NCBI GenBank assembly: GCA_038237645.1 | Contig: JBBRYN010000001.1 | Location: forward strand, 40,101 to 104,100 | From: Mycobacteriales bacterium | GTDB lineage: Bacteria; Actinomycetota; Actinomycetes; Mycobacteriales; QHCA01 | Direction of reading: 5' to 3' | DNA length: 64,000 bases | Shown: one piece after another, positions 32,656-41,205 of the stretch | Layout: each line of letters begins with the position of its first letter | Numbering within the stretch: position 1 is the stretch's first letter | The notes under the pieces: model-generated | What the model was told of the DNA's origin: nothing | The model's input: only the letters and a program-made list of their open reading frames with translations | Databases searched by the model: none | Made by a program: the position numbers and the translations under genes

Positions 32656-32868
32656 TCACGGGAAGGGTGCGACGATAACGGATCGGGGGGAGGGGCATTC
32701 GACGACGATGACGACGGTGTGCTTGCGGATGGGCGCTTCGGCCCAGGCGGCGAACGATTCGGTGGCGCCGCGCACCGGAAGGAGCACCTCGCCCAGGCCG
32801 CCGGCCGGGATCGGGACCGTCACGCGCCCGATCGCCCCGATCAGGCTCTGCCCGGCACTGCTTGTCAC
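32656..32868 (-). CDS. NfeD-like OB-fold protein (short form)
   Basis: 70-aa OB-fold-like beta-rich sequence immediately upstream of flotillin. This is the canonical nfeD-flotillin arrangement. The N-terminal TM part may be missing, or the start may be mis-set. Confidence 0.45.
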   Translation of the reverse strand: MTSSAGQSLIGAIGRVTVPIPAGGLGEVLLPVRGATESFAAWAEAPIRKHTVVIVVECPSPRSVIVAPFP

Positions 32869-32922
32869 CTTCGGAGTCTAGGCCCCGCCGTACGACGCCC
32901 CGGAGCGTGGCAGGCTGGGTGG

Positions 32923-33261
32923 GTGACGGACAACCAGAACGAGTGGCTGCCGCTGCCGGTCGTCGCGGAGCGCCTCGGCATCGAAGTGAACAGGGTCCAC
33001 CAACTGCTGCGCGACGGCTGGCTGCTCGCCCATCGGGTCGACGGGGTGCTGCGGATCCCGGCCGACTTCATCAGGGGCGGGGCAGTGGTCAAGGGCCTGC
33101 CGGGCACCATCACCGTGCTGCGTGACGCCGGCTACGACGACGAGGACGCCCTGAGCTGGCTGCTTCGCGCCGATGACTCGCTGCCCGGCACGCCGGCGCA
33201 GGCGCTGGCGGAGAATCGCGGCACCGAGGTCAAGCGGCGGGCGCAGGCGGCAGCGTTCTAG
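32923..33261 (+). CDS. Rv2175c-like DNA-binding protein (winged-helix, kinase substrate family)
   Basis: WLPLPVVAERLGIEVNRVHQLLRDGWLLAHRV resembles the Mtb Rv2175c HTH region from recall. Adjacent to the PASTA kinase, as in Mtb. GTG 32923. Confidence 0.7.
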   Translation: MTDNQNEWLPLPVVAERLGIEVNRVHQLLRDGWLLAHRVDGVLRIPADFIRGGAVVKGLPGTITVLRDAGYDDEDALSWLLRADDSLPGTPAQALAENRGTEVKRRAQAAAF

Positions 33262-33263
33262 CC

Positions 33264-33593
33264 GTGCCGGCTCGGTCGGTCTACCTGTTGGTCCTGCTCG
33301 GCTGCATCGTGGTCACGCTCCCGCTCGAGGTCTTTCTCGGCGTGCGCGTCTACCGGCGCTGGCGCCGGCTGCTGCTCGCCGTGCTGCCCACCGTCGCGGT
33401 GTTCCTGGCCTGGGACATCACAGCGGTCGCCGTCGGGCACTGGCACTACGACCGTGACCAGCTGACCGGCCTGACCTTGCCCGGTCGGCTTCCGGTGGAG
33501 GAGTTGCTGTTTTTCGTCGTCGTGCCGACCTGCGCGATTCTCGGCTTCGAGGCGGTCCGCGCCGTCCGCCGGTGGCCGGCCGGAGACGAGTGA
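33264..33593 (+). CDS. crtYc: Lycopene cyclase domain protein, subunit 1 (heterodimeric lycopene beta-cyclase CrtYc-like)
   Basis: ~109-aa, 3-TM protein of the lycopene cyclase domain family. Sits in the carotenoid locus. Confidence 0.8.
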   Translation: MPARSVYLLVLLGCIVVTLPLEVFLGVRVYRRWRRLLLAVLPTVAVFLAWDITAVAVGHWHYDRDQLTGLTLPGRLPVEELLFFVVVPTCAILGFEAVRAVRRWPAGDE

Positions 33594-33919
33594 GCTACAC
33601 CACCGCCGCGGTGCTCGGGGTCCTCGGCGCGGCGGCCGTCGACCTCGTGATGCTGCGGACCAGGCTGCTGACCCGCAGGCTGTTCTGGACCGCGTACGCG
33701 ATCATCGTGTCCTGCCAACTGCCGGTGAACGGCATCCTCACCGGCCGAGGGATCGTGCGCTACGACCGGCACGCGATCCTCGGCCTGCGGATCGCCAACG
33801 CCCCGGTGGAGGATTTGCTGTTCGGCTTCGCGATGGTGCTGCTGACCCTGTCGACCTGGGTGTGGCTGGGCCGACGCGGGATCAGTGCGACCCCTGCCGG
33901 ACCGCGAACGCCGAGATGA
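33590..33919 (+). CDS. crtYd: Lycopene cyclase domain protein, subunit 2 (CrtYd-like)
   Basis: Second ~110-aa membrane subunit. GTGA overlap with subunit 1 stop. 3' end overlaps convergent crtB by ~37 nt. Confidence 0.75.
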   Translation: MSYTTAAVLGVLGAAAVDLVMLRTRLLTRRLFWTAYAIIVSCQLPVNGILTGRGIVRYDRHAILGLRIANAPVEDLLFGFAMVLLTLSTWVWLGRRGISATPAGPRTPR

Positions 33920-34796
33920 GGCGGGGGAGCACCACCTGCGCGCGCTGCCGGCGCCCAACCGAGACCCGGCGGTCCAGCACCTGGTAACCGCAGTCCTCGA
34001 CCCGGTCGAGGATGCTGCCATAGAGGGCGAACGCGGTCGCGATGCAGTCGCGGGAGGCAGGATGCAGCAGCCGGATTCCCGGCTGGGCGCTGCGGTAGAT
34101 CTCGCGGGCGCGGGCGATCTGATGGGCCAGCAGCCGGCGGACCCGCCCGTCGACCACGCCGCGGGCGAGATGCTGCCGGTCGACGCCGAAGAGCCGGAGG
34201 TCTTCCGTCGGCAGGTAGACCCGACCCCGGCGCAGATCCTCGCCGACGTCGCGGATGAAGTTGGTCAACTGGAAGGCGATCCCCAGGTCGGCGGCGTAGG
34301 GCTCGACGACCGAGCGCGGCAGGCCCGGGTGCTCCAACACCGGCAGCATCTGCAGGCCGATGACGGCGGCCGAGCCGTATACGTAGGTCATCAGGTCCGG
34401 GAACGTGTCGTAGTCGCTGACGGTCAGGTCGAGCCGCATCGAGGTGAGGAACGCCTCGAAGTACGGCAGCGGGATGTCCCACCGGCCGATCGTGTCGAAG
34501 ACCGCGGGCAGGACGCCGTCGTCGCCGCGGCCGGACAGGAACCGCTGGCTCCAGCGGCCCAGGTGCTCCGCCTTCTGTTCGTCGGTCAGCGTCGACGCCA
34601 GGTCGTCGACGATCTCGTCGGCGTATCGCGCGAAGCCGTACAGCGCGTGCACGTAGGGACGCTTGTGCGCCGGCAGCAGCAGCGTCGCCAGGTAGTAGGT
34701 CTTGCCGTGCGAGGCGTTGAGTCGCCGGCACGTTTCGTACGACGCCCGCAGGCTGGGCGCGCTGATGCCGGCAGCGTCGAGTTCGCGGCCGCTCAC
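33882..34796 (-). CDS. crtB: Phytoene synthase
   Basis: Squalene/phytoene synthase motifs YCxxVAG-like, DxxxD-containing segments ARYADEIVDD and NFIRDVGEDL. GTG 34796 overlaps the stop of the upstream GT87 gene (GTGA). Confidence 0.9.
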   Translation of the reverse strand: MSGRELDAAGISAPSLRASYETCRRLNASHGKTYYLATLLLPAHKRPYVHALYGFARYADEIVDDLASTLTDEQKAEHLGRWSQRFLSGRGDDGVLPAVFDTIGRWDIPLPYFEAFLTSMRLDLTVSDYDTFPDLMTYVYGSAAVIGLQMLPVLEHPGLPRSVVEPYAADLGIAFQLTNFIRDVGEDLRRGRVYLPTEDLRLFGVDRQHLARGVVDGRVRRLLAHQIARAREIYRSAQPGIRLLHPASRDCIATAFALYGSILDRVEDCGYQVLDRRVSVGRRQRAQVVLPRLISAFAVRQGSH

Positions 34797-36274
34797 CCCG
34801 GGACCTGTGCTGCCGGCCGCTCGCGGCGCAGCCTGCGCACCCCGACGACGGCCAAGTAATAGACGAGGCCGACCAGCACGATCACGTCGACAGCCACGCC
34901 CGCCGGCTGGGTGGCCCGCGCCAGGTTGTAGCCGTCCGGCAGCACCAGGAAGCAGAGGGCAGCACTGGTCGTCACTATCATCGTTCGCGCTCGACCCGTG
35001 ATGCCGGCCGCCGCGAGCACCGCGACTGCCCAGGTCACGTACCACGGGTGCACCGCCGGACCGAGCGCCACGACCGCGAGCAGCGCCCAGCCACAGCCCT
35101 CGACGGCCGGCCGGATCCCACCCAGCCGGGCGGCCCGGATCCACAGCCACCCGCAGATGACGGCCATCACCGCGAATCCGATCCCCCGGGTGACCGCCAG
35201 CGCGGTGGGCGAGCCGCCCAGCAGGAGGCCGAGACCGGTCGGCAGAGACGTCCACTGCTTGCTGATCCCGACGGTGTGGACCGTGCCCACCCAGCCGTAG
35301 CCCAGCCCGCTCACCGCCGTGACGACGACGAAGGTCGCGCCGGCGACGAGAATGGTGGCGGCGACTGCCTGGGCCAAGGGCTGCCGGCGGCCCGGCAGCC
35401 GCTGCATCCACAGCAGCGCGACGAACGGCAGCGCCACCGCCGCGGTGGCCTTGACCGCCACTGCCAGGGCGCAGCGGACAGCGCCGGCCGCCGGTCGCCG
35501 GCCGGCGGCCATGGCGAGGCCCGCCACCATCAGCCCGACCATCAGTGCGTCGGCGTGGGCGCCCCCGACGAAGTGCGTGAGCACGAGTGGGTTGACCAGC
35601 CCCAGCCACAGGGCGTCCCGCTCGTCGGCGCCGCAGGCCCGGGCCGCCCGTGGCAGCGCCCAGGCCAGCAGCACCGTGCCGGCGATGGCGAGCACCCGCA
35701 TCCCGGCCACCGCCAGGGCAAGGGAGTCACCGGAGCCGGCCACGACGAGGCGGGCCAGCCCCAGGAAGAGCGGTCCGTAGGCGAACGGCACGTGCAGCCA
35801 GGAGGTCGACGTCGACGGGACCCAAGGAGAGGCGAGGTCGGCGGCGCCGTGGGAGTAGGGATTGAGCCCGGCCCGCAGCATCTGCCCGGCCACGGCGTAG
35901 CCGTACACGTCACGGCTCAGGACGGGCGGGACGAAGATCAGCGGCAGTGCCCACAGCGCGGCCGTCGTGCACAGCCAGCGGGGGGTCAGCCGGTCGAGCA
36001 GGCGGCGGAGCAGCAGCCAGGCGACCACCAGCAGTGCCATGCCGACGATCGACACGGCGATGCACAGGATCCGGCCCACGCCGCCGCGCAGCGTGGCGAG
36101 GATGACCGTGTCGCGCAGGGGATCCGGTCGCGGGAGGACACCGGCGCCCAGCGCCCCGAGCGCCAGCAGGACGGCGCCTCCGGTCCCCAGCAGCCGTACG
36201 CGGGTCGGGCTGCCCTGAATGCGCACCGGCTCATGCTGCCACGCCGGTCTCCGGCGGGCGGCGATCACACCCAT
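34793..36274 (-). CDS. Polyprenol-phosphate-mannose-dependent alpha-(1-6)-mannosyltransferase-like membrane protein (GT87/DUF2029, MptA/MptB-like)
   Basis: 493 aa with ~12 TM segments. GT-C style loop VYGYAVAGQMLRAGLNPY. Position equivalent to mptA between idsA2 and Rv2175c in Mtb. Confidence 0.75.
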   Translation of the reverse strand: MGVIAARRRPAWQHEPVRIQGSPTRVRLLGTGGAVLLALGALGAGVLPRPDPLRDTVILATLRGGVGRILCIAVSIVGMALLVVAWLLLRRLLDRLTPRWLCTTAALWALPLIFVPPVLSRDVYGYAVAGQMLRAGLNPYSHGAADLASPWVPSTSTSWLHVPFAYGPLFLGLARLVVAGSGDSLALAVAGMRVLAIAGTVLLAWALPRAARACGADERDALWLGLVNPLVLTHFVGGAHADALMVGLMVAGLAMAAGRRPAAGAVRCALAVAVKATAAVALPFVALLWMQRLPGRRQPLAQAVAATILVAGATFVVVTAVSGLGYGWVGTVHTVGISKQWTSLPTGLGLLLGGSPTALAVTRGIGFAVMAVICGWLWIRAARLGGIRPAVEGCGWALLAVVALGPAVHPWYVTWAVAVLAAAGITGRARTMIVTTSAALCFLVLPDGYNLARATQPAGVAVDVIVLVGLVYYLAVVGVRRLRRERPAAQVPG

Positions 36275-36286
36275 GCGGGCCGGCGG

Positions 36287-37798
36287 TCAGCGCCGGGCAC
36301 GAGAACGGTAGGCCGGGTCCGGGCCGGTGATCCGCTCCGCGGCCAGCCGGCCGGAGATCAGCACCATAGGCACGCCGACGCCGGGCTGGGTGCCCGAGCC
36401 GGCGAACACCACGTTGTCCAGCCTGGGTGCCAGGTTGGCCGGCCGGAAGGGGCCGGTCTGCCGGAAGGTGTGGGCGGCGGCGAAGGGCGTGCCCATCGCC
36501 AGCCCGGCGGCCTGCCAGTCGGCCGGCGTCACCGCGTGCTCGACCTCGACGGCGTCGCCGAAGCCGACATATCCTCTGGCCTCCAGGACGGCCACCACCT
36601 CGTCGCGGTACCTCGGCCCGACGGCCTCCCAGTCGATGCCCGCACCGGTGTGGGGTGTCGGCACGAGCACGGAGTAGGTCTGCCTGCCGGCCGGTGCCAG
36701 CGACGGATCGCTGCACGACGGGTTGGTGACCAGCAGCGAGGGATCGCTCATCAACTGCTGACGTCCGATCAGCTCGCCGAAGGCGCCACGCCAGGAGCGT
36801 CCGAAGTGGATGGTGTGGTGGGCGGTCTGCCGATATACCGCCGAGGAGCCGGCGTGCAGCAGGAAACACGACGGCGAGTAGCGCAGCCGCGCGACGCGCC
36901 TCGGCGCGGCCCGCGGTGGCAACAGTGCGCCGTAAGCGACCGGGAGGTCAGCATTGAGCACGACCACGTCGGCCGGTATCCGCTCACCCGTAGCCGTCAG
37001 GACGGCCACCGCCCGGCCGCCGATGACCTCCACCTGGACCACCTCGTTGTCGTAGCGGAAGGTGACACCGTGCTTTTCCGCGGCGCCGGCCAGGGCGAGC
37101 GGCACACTGTGCATGCCACCACGCGGGAAGTAGACGCCGGCCACCGAGTCCATGTAGGCGATGACCGCGTAGCTGGCCAATGCGTCGTACGGCGAGAGCC
37201 CGGCGTACATCGCCTGGAAGGAAAAGACCCGTTGCAGGCGGGGATCGGGCAGGTATGACGCGACCTTCGGCGCCAGCCGCCGGAAGCCACCCAGCATGAG
37301 CAGGTGGAGCAGCCGCCGGCTGACGAGGTCGATCGGGGAATCGAGATTGCGGTCGATGAAATCCTGAAACTGCACCCGGTAGAGCCGGGACACGAAGGCG
37401 ACGAATCGCAGGTAGCCGGCCGCGGCGGCCGGGCCGCAGACCCGTTCGACCTCGGCGGCCATCTCGCCGGGGTCGGCCAGCACGTCGAGCCGCGAGCCGT
37501 CGGGGTAGCAGGCCCGGTAGATCGGGGAGATCGGCTCCAGGTCGAGCCAGTCCGACAGCCGCTCGCCTACGCAGTCCAGCGCGTCGGCGATCAGGTCGGG
37601 CATGGTGAGCACCGTCGGGCCGGTGTCGAAGGTGTATCCACCGACCGTCAGCCGGCCGGCCCGCCCACCAGGCACCGCCGCGCGCTCCAGCACGGTGACG
37701 GCGCGGCCGGCGCCGGCCAGCCGCAGGGCCGCCGACAGCCCGCCCAGCCCGGCGCCGACCACGACGACGTGATCGGTCCGGCCGGCTACCGTCCGCAC
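36287..37798 (-). CDS. crtI: Phytoene desaturase
   Basis: FAD-binding VVVVGAGLGGLSAALRLA. CrtI family length. GTG 37798 lies 10 nt downstream of the crtE stop. Confidence 0.9.
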   Translation of the reverse strand: MRTVAGRTDHVVVVGAGLGGLSAALRLAGAGRAVTVLERAAVPGGRAGRLTVGGYTFDTGPTVLTMPDLIADALDCVGERLSDWLDLEPISPIYRACYPDGSRLDVLADPGEMAAEVERVCGPAAAAGYLRFVAFVSRLYRVQFQDFIDRNLDSPIDLVSRRLLHLLMLGGFRRLAPKVASYLPDPRLQRVFSFQAMYAGLSPYDALASYAVIAYMDSVAGVYFPRGGMHSVPLALAGAAEKHGVTFRYDNEVVQVEVIGGRAVAVLTATGERIPADVVVLNADLPVAYGALLPPRAAPRRVARLRYSPSCFLLHAGSSAVYRQTAHHTIHFGRSWRGAFGELIGRQQLMSDPSLLVTNPSCSDPSLAPAGRQTYSVLVPTPHTGAGIDWEAVGPRYRDEVVAVLEARGYVGFGDAVEVEHAVTPADWQAAGLAMGTPFAAAHTFRQTGPFRPANLAPRLDNVVFAGSGTQPGVGVPMVLISGRLAAERITGPDPAYRSRARR

Positions 37799-37808
37799 GC
37801 GGCAGGCC

Positions 37809-38930
37809 CTAGCCCTGCCGCGCGGTCGCGGCGACGGCGAGGTCGCGCAGCACGCCACGCGCCTCCTCGTCGATGTCGGCCAGTGCCAGCGCGGTCAACG
37901 ACTGCTCGGCCCGTTCGCTGATCAGCCGCTCGCTCTGCGCCAGCGCCCCGGTCTCGGTGATGACCTCGCGCAGCGCGGCGACCCCGCCGGCGGACAGGTG
38001 CGGGTCGCCGAGATGGCCGCGGACGAGTGCCGACTGGCGGGGGTCGGCCCGCTCGAGGGTGAGCGAGATCAGCACGGTGCGCTTGCCCTCGCGCAGGTCG
38101 TCGCCGGCCGGCTTGCCGGTGGCGGACGGGTCGCCGAACACCCCCAGTACGTCGTCGCGAAGCTGGAATGCCTCGCCCAGCGGCAGCCCGTAGGCCGTGT
38201 AGGAGGCGAGGACATGCGGCGGGGCGCCGGCCAACGCGGCCCCGAGGTGCAGCGGCCGCTCGATCGTGTATTTGGCGCTCTTGTACGTTGCCACCCGCAT
38301 CGAGCGTTCCGTGGCGGAGCCACCAATGACATCCGTGGCGGAGCCACCAATGACATCCGTGGATGCCCCCCCCACGGCCTGCTCGAGCACGTCGAGGTAC
38401 TGGCCGGCCATCAACTCCGTCCGCATCACGTCGTAGACCGGTTGCCCGCGCTGCAGGACTTCGGCGGGCAGCCCCGAGGTGTTGTAGGTCTCGTCGGCCC
38501 AGATGAGGCACAGGTCGCCGAGCAGGATGGCCGCGGACTGCCCGAACGCCTCCGGGTCGCCGCGCCAGCTCTCGGTGCGGTGCAGGGAAGCGAAGCGGCG
38601 GTGCACGGCGGGCGCCCCACGCCTGGTCTCCGACCCGTCCATCACGTCGTCGTGGATCAGGGCGCAGGCGTGCAGCAATTCCAGCGCGGCAACCGCCGCG
38701 ACGATCTGGTCGTTGTCGCCGCCGCCTGCCCCGCGCCAGCCCCAGTAGCCGAAGGCCGGCCGCAGGCGCTTGCCGCTGTCGAGCAGAAAGTCCGAGAGCG
38801 CGTCGGCGACCGGGCCCAGGTCCACGCTGATCGCGTCGAGCCGGTGGCGTTGCCGGGTCAGGATGGCGTCGATCGCCTTGGTGACGCGGGCACGGAGGTC
38901 GACTCTGTCGACCGGACTCTCTGCTGTCAC
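37809..38930 (-). CDS. crtE: Geranylgeranyl diphosphate synthase (polyprenyl synthetase)
   Basis: FARM LIHDDVMD and SARM-like FQLRDD. Contains an in-frame 24-bp tandem duplication (GGSATDVI x2). Confidence 0.9.
   Translation of the reverse strand: MTAESPVDRVDLRARVTKAIDAILTRQRHRLDAISVDLGPVADALSDFLLDSGKRLRPAFGYWGWRGAGGGDNDQIVAAVAALELLHACALIHDDVMDGSETRRGAPAVHRRFASLHRTESWRGDPEAFGQSAAILLGDLCLIWADETYNTSGLPAEVLQRGQPVYDVMRTELMAGQYLDVLEQAVGGASTDVIGGSATDVIGGSATERSMRVATYKSAKYTIERPLHLGAALAGAPPHVLASYTAYGLPLGEAFQLRDDVLGVFGDPSATGKPAGDDLREGKRTVLISLTLERADPRQSALVRGHLGDPHLSAGGVAALREVITETGALAQSERLISERAEQSLTALALADIDEEARGVLRDLAVAATARQG
38311..38362 (-). repeat. Perfect 24-bp tandem duplication (gtggcggagccaccaatgacatcc x2, plus partial third copy) inside crtE
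   Basis: Read directly from the sequence. In frame. Encodes a duplicated octapeptide. Confidence 0.95.
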
Positions 38931-38969
38931 GGGCCATCCTGACTCGAAGCGTGCACCCGAGTATCGGTC

Positions 38970-39920
38970 ATGCCCATCCTCGGCCCGGCACTACGCTTCG
39001 GATCCATGGCACTCGGATCGGCATCGACGCTGCCCAGGACCGCCGCGATCAGCGACCTGCTGGCCGCCGGCGGGCGCTCGGTGTCCTTCGAGTTCTTTCC
39101 CCCCAAGACCGACCAGGGGGAGCGGCAGCTCTGGCAGACGCTGCGCGACCTCGAACGCCTGCAGCCGACCTTCGTCTCCGTGACGTACGGCGCCGGTGGC
39201 GGCACCCGGGACCGTACGGTCGGCATCACCGAGCGCATCGCGACGGACACGACGCTGACCCCGGTGGCGCACCTTACGGCCGTCAACCACTCGGTGGCGG
39301 AGCTCCGCCGGATCATCGGCCTCTACGCGTCCGTGGGCGTGCGCAACGTGCTCGCCCTGCGCGGCGACCCGCCGGGCGACCCGCAGGCCGAGTGGCTGGC
39401 ACACCCGGAGGGGCTCGCCTACGCCGAGGATCTCGTCCGGCTGATCCGCCACTCCGGCGACTTCTGCGTCGGGGTGGCGGCCTTCCCGGAGAAGCACCCG
39501 CGCTCGCCCGACCTCGACTCCGACATCCGCTACTTCGTGCAGAAGTGCCGTGCCGGCGCCGACTACGCGATCACCCAGATGTTCTTCCGGGCCGACGACT
39601 ACCTGCGGCTGCGCGACCGGGTGGCGGCCGCCGGCTGCGACATCGCGATCCTGCCCGGCATCATGCCGGTCACCAACGTGCAGCAGATCGAGCGCTTTGC
39701 CGTCCTCACCGGGGCCGAGTTCCCCGCCGATCTCGCGCAGCGACTGCACGCGGTGGAGGACGACCCGGAGGCGGTGCGGGCGATCGGTGTCGAGGTGGCC
39801 ACCGACCTGTGCCGGACACTGCTGGAGGAGGGCGCGCCGGGCCTGCACTTCATCACCCTCAACCGGTCGACGGCCACTCGCGAGATCTGGGCGCGGCTCG
39901 CACTGTCCGACCGCGACTAG
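38970..39920 (+). CDS. metF: 5,10-methylenetetrahydrofolate reductase
   Basis: SFEFFPPKT...VTYGAGG MTHFR signature. Confidence 0.93.
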   Translation: MPILGPALRFGSMALGSASTLPRTAAISDLLAAGGRSVSFEFFPPKTDQGERQLWQTLRDLERLQPTFVSVTYGAGGGTRDRTVGITERIATDTTLTPVAHLTAVNHSVAELRRIIGLYASVGVRNVLALRGDPPGDPQAEWLAHPEGLAYAEDLVRLIRHSGDFCVGVAAFPEKHPRSPDLDSDIRYFVQKCRAGADYAITQMFFRADDYLRLRDRVAAAGCDIAILPGIMPVTNVQQIERFAVLTGAEFPADLAQRLHAVEDDPEAVRAIGVEVATDLCRTLLEEGAPGLHFITLNRSTATREIWARLALSDRD

Positions 39921-39924
39921 CGGC

Positions 39925-40593
39925 ATGCGCGTGCTGCCCGACCGGGACGGCTACTTCACGCTGTGGTCCGGGCTGCACGGCGGGTACGACCCCCGCGCGG
40001 CGTTCTGGCCGCGGACCTGGCTGACAGTTTCCTACTACTGTGCCCGGCCGCTGGCCCGGCTCGGTGTCGCGCCCCACGTGTTGACCGCGGCCGGCGGGCT
40101 GACCAGCGGGGCGGTGGCCGGGGTGGCCTGGCTCGGCGGCCGCTGGGCGCTGCTCGCTGTCATTGTCGTGCTTGCCTCGGGGCTGACCGACAGTCTCGAC
40201 GGCGCCGTAGCGGCGCTGACCGGCCGGGCTACGGCGTTCGGCTACGTCCTGGACTCCCTCGTCGACCGGCTCTCCGACGGCTCCTACCTGCTCGCGCTGT
40301 GGCTGGTCGGCGCGCCGGCCTGGCTCTGCGTGCTCGGCGGGGTGGTCACCATGTTGCAGGAGTATCTGCGTGCGCGGGCCGGCAACGCGGGCATGGCCGA
40401 GATCGGCGTCGTGACCGTTGCCGAGCGGCCCACCCGGGTGATCATCACCGCCGTCACCCTGTGCGCGGCCGGGTTGCTCCCGCGCCACGCCGGTGCAGCC
40501 GCTGCTGCCGGTGCGGCCGCCTGGCTGGTCGCCGGCACGATGGGCTTCGGCCAGCTGGCCGTGGCGGTGCGGCGTAGCCTCACCGGCGGGTGA
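39925..40593 (+). CDS. CDP-alcohol phosphatidyltransferase family protein
   Basis: DSLDGAVAALTG...D motif (DG-x2-AR-x8-G-x3-D type). Multiple TM segments. Confidence 0.75.
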   Translation: MRVLPDRDGYFTLWSGLHGGYDPRAAFWPRTWLTVSYYCARPLARLGVAPHVLTAAGGLTSGAVAGVAWLGGRWALLAVIVVLASGLTDSLDGAVAALTGRATAFGYVLDSLVDRLSDGSYLLALWLVGAPAWLCVLGGVVTMLQEYLRARAGNAGMAEIGVVTVAERPTRVIITAVTLCAAGLLPRHAGAAAAAGAAAWLVAGTMGFGQLAVAVRRSLTGG

Positions 40594-40652
40594 GGGGTGC
40601 CTATCGCTGACGAGTCTGGGTCGGCTGACCTGCGGACCTGCTGAAGGGTGGC

Positions 40653-41033
40653 TCACTGGTGCCGGTCCTCGATGACCAGCAGCCGGGCGCCAGCCTCGTT
40701 TTCGATGATGGTGCGGCGGGCGCGGTAGCTGCCGGGATGACGCGACAGGTGTTCTGGACTGGGAATGGCGACGGCCCGGACCTCTTGGCGGCGCAAAGCA
40801 TCCATCAGCGCGCAGAAGGCCGACCGTTCTGGATGGTCGTGAGACGGGTCGTACAGATCCGTGAAGACGTGCCCCAGCGTCAGGCCTTCCCGCTCGGCGT
40901 ACGAGTGGATTTCGGCTGCGAGCAGAGCACGCGTGTCCGGTGGATCGGCTGCCCATACCCGGAAGTAGCCGAGGATCAGCGGCCGTAGCCGACCGAAACC
41001 AGCGTCGTCGATTACGAAATCGGGCACCGTCAT
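40653..41033 (-). CDS. Hypothetical protein with resolvase-N-terminal-like sequence pattern but no catalytic serine
   Basis: 126 aa from ATG 41033. ILGYFRV...LTLGHVFTD...RRQEVRAVAIPSPEHLSR resembles a serine-recombinase catalytic-domain layout, with W in place of the nucleophile Ser. Low-confidence fold assignment. Confidence 0.35.
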   Translation of the reverse strand: MTVPDFVIDDAGFGRLRPLILGYFRVWAADPPDTRALLAAEIHSYAEREGLTLGHVFTDLYDPSHDHPERSAFCALMDALRRQEVRAVAIPSPEHLSRHPGSYRARRTIIENEAGARLLVIEDRHQ

Positions 41034-41205
41034 GGCGATGACGATCCGGTGACGTCCCGTGACCGGTCGAGGGCCGTTCGTGGGCGGCTTGCGGACCCAT
41101 CCGGGACCGGCCCCGGTCCCCAGTAGGACCAATGCTCGAGGCGCTTGCTCTTTGGATCCTGGGAGGTCAGCGTCAGACTGGACGTGTCGAAAGGAGTTGC
41201 GCACC

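Noticed and set aside
31268-32881. 537-aa ORF on the + strand
   Set aside because: It is antisense to the flotillin and nfeD-like genes. The low-complexity translation is characteristic of an antisense frame.
35048-37258. 736-aa ORF on the + strand
   Set aside because: It is antisense to the GT87 membrane protein and crtI. The product is R/G/D/H-rich nonsense.
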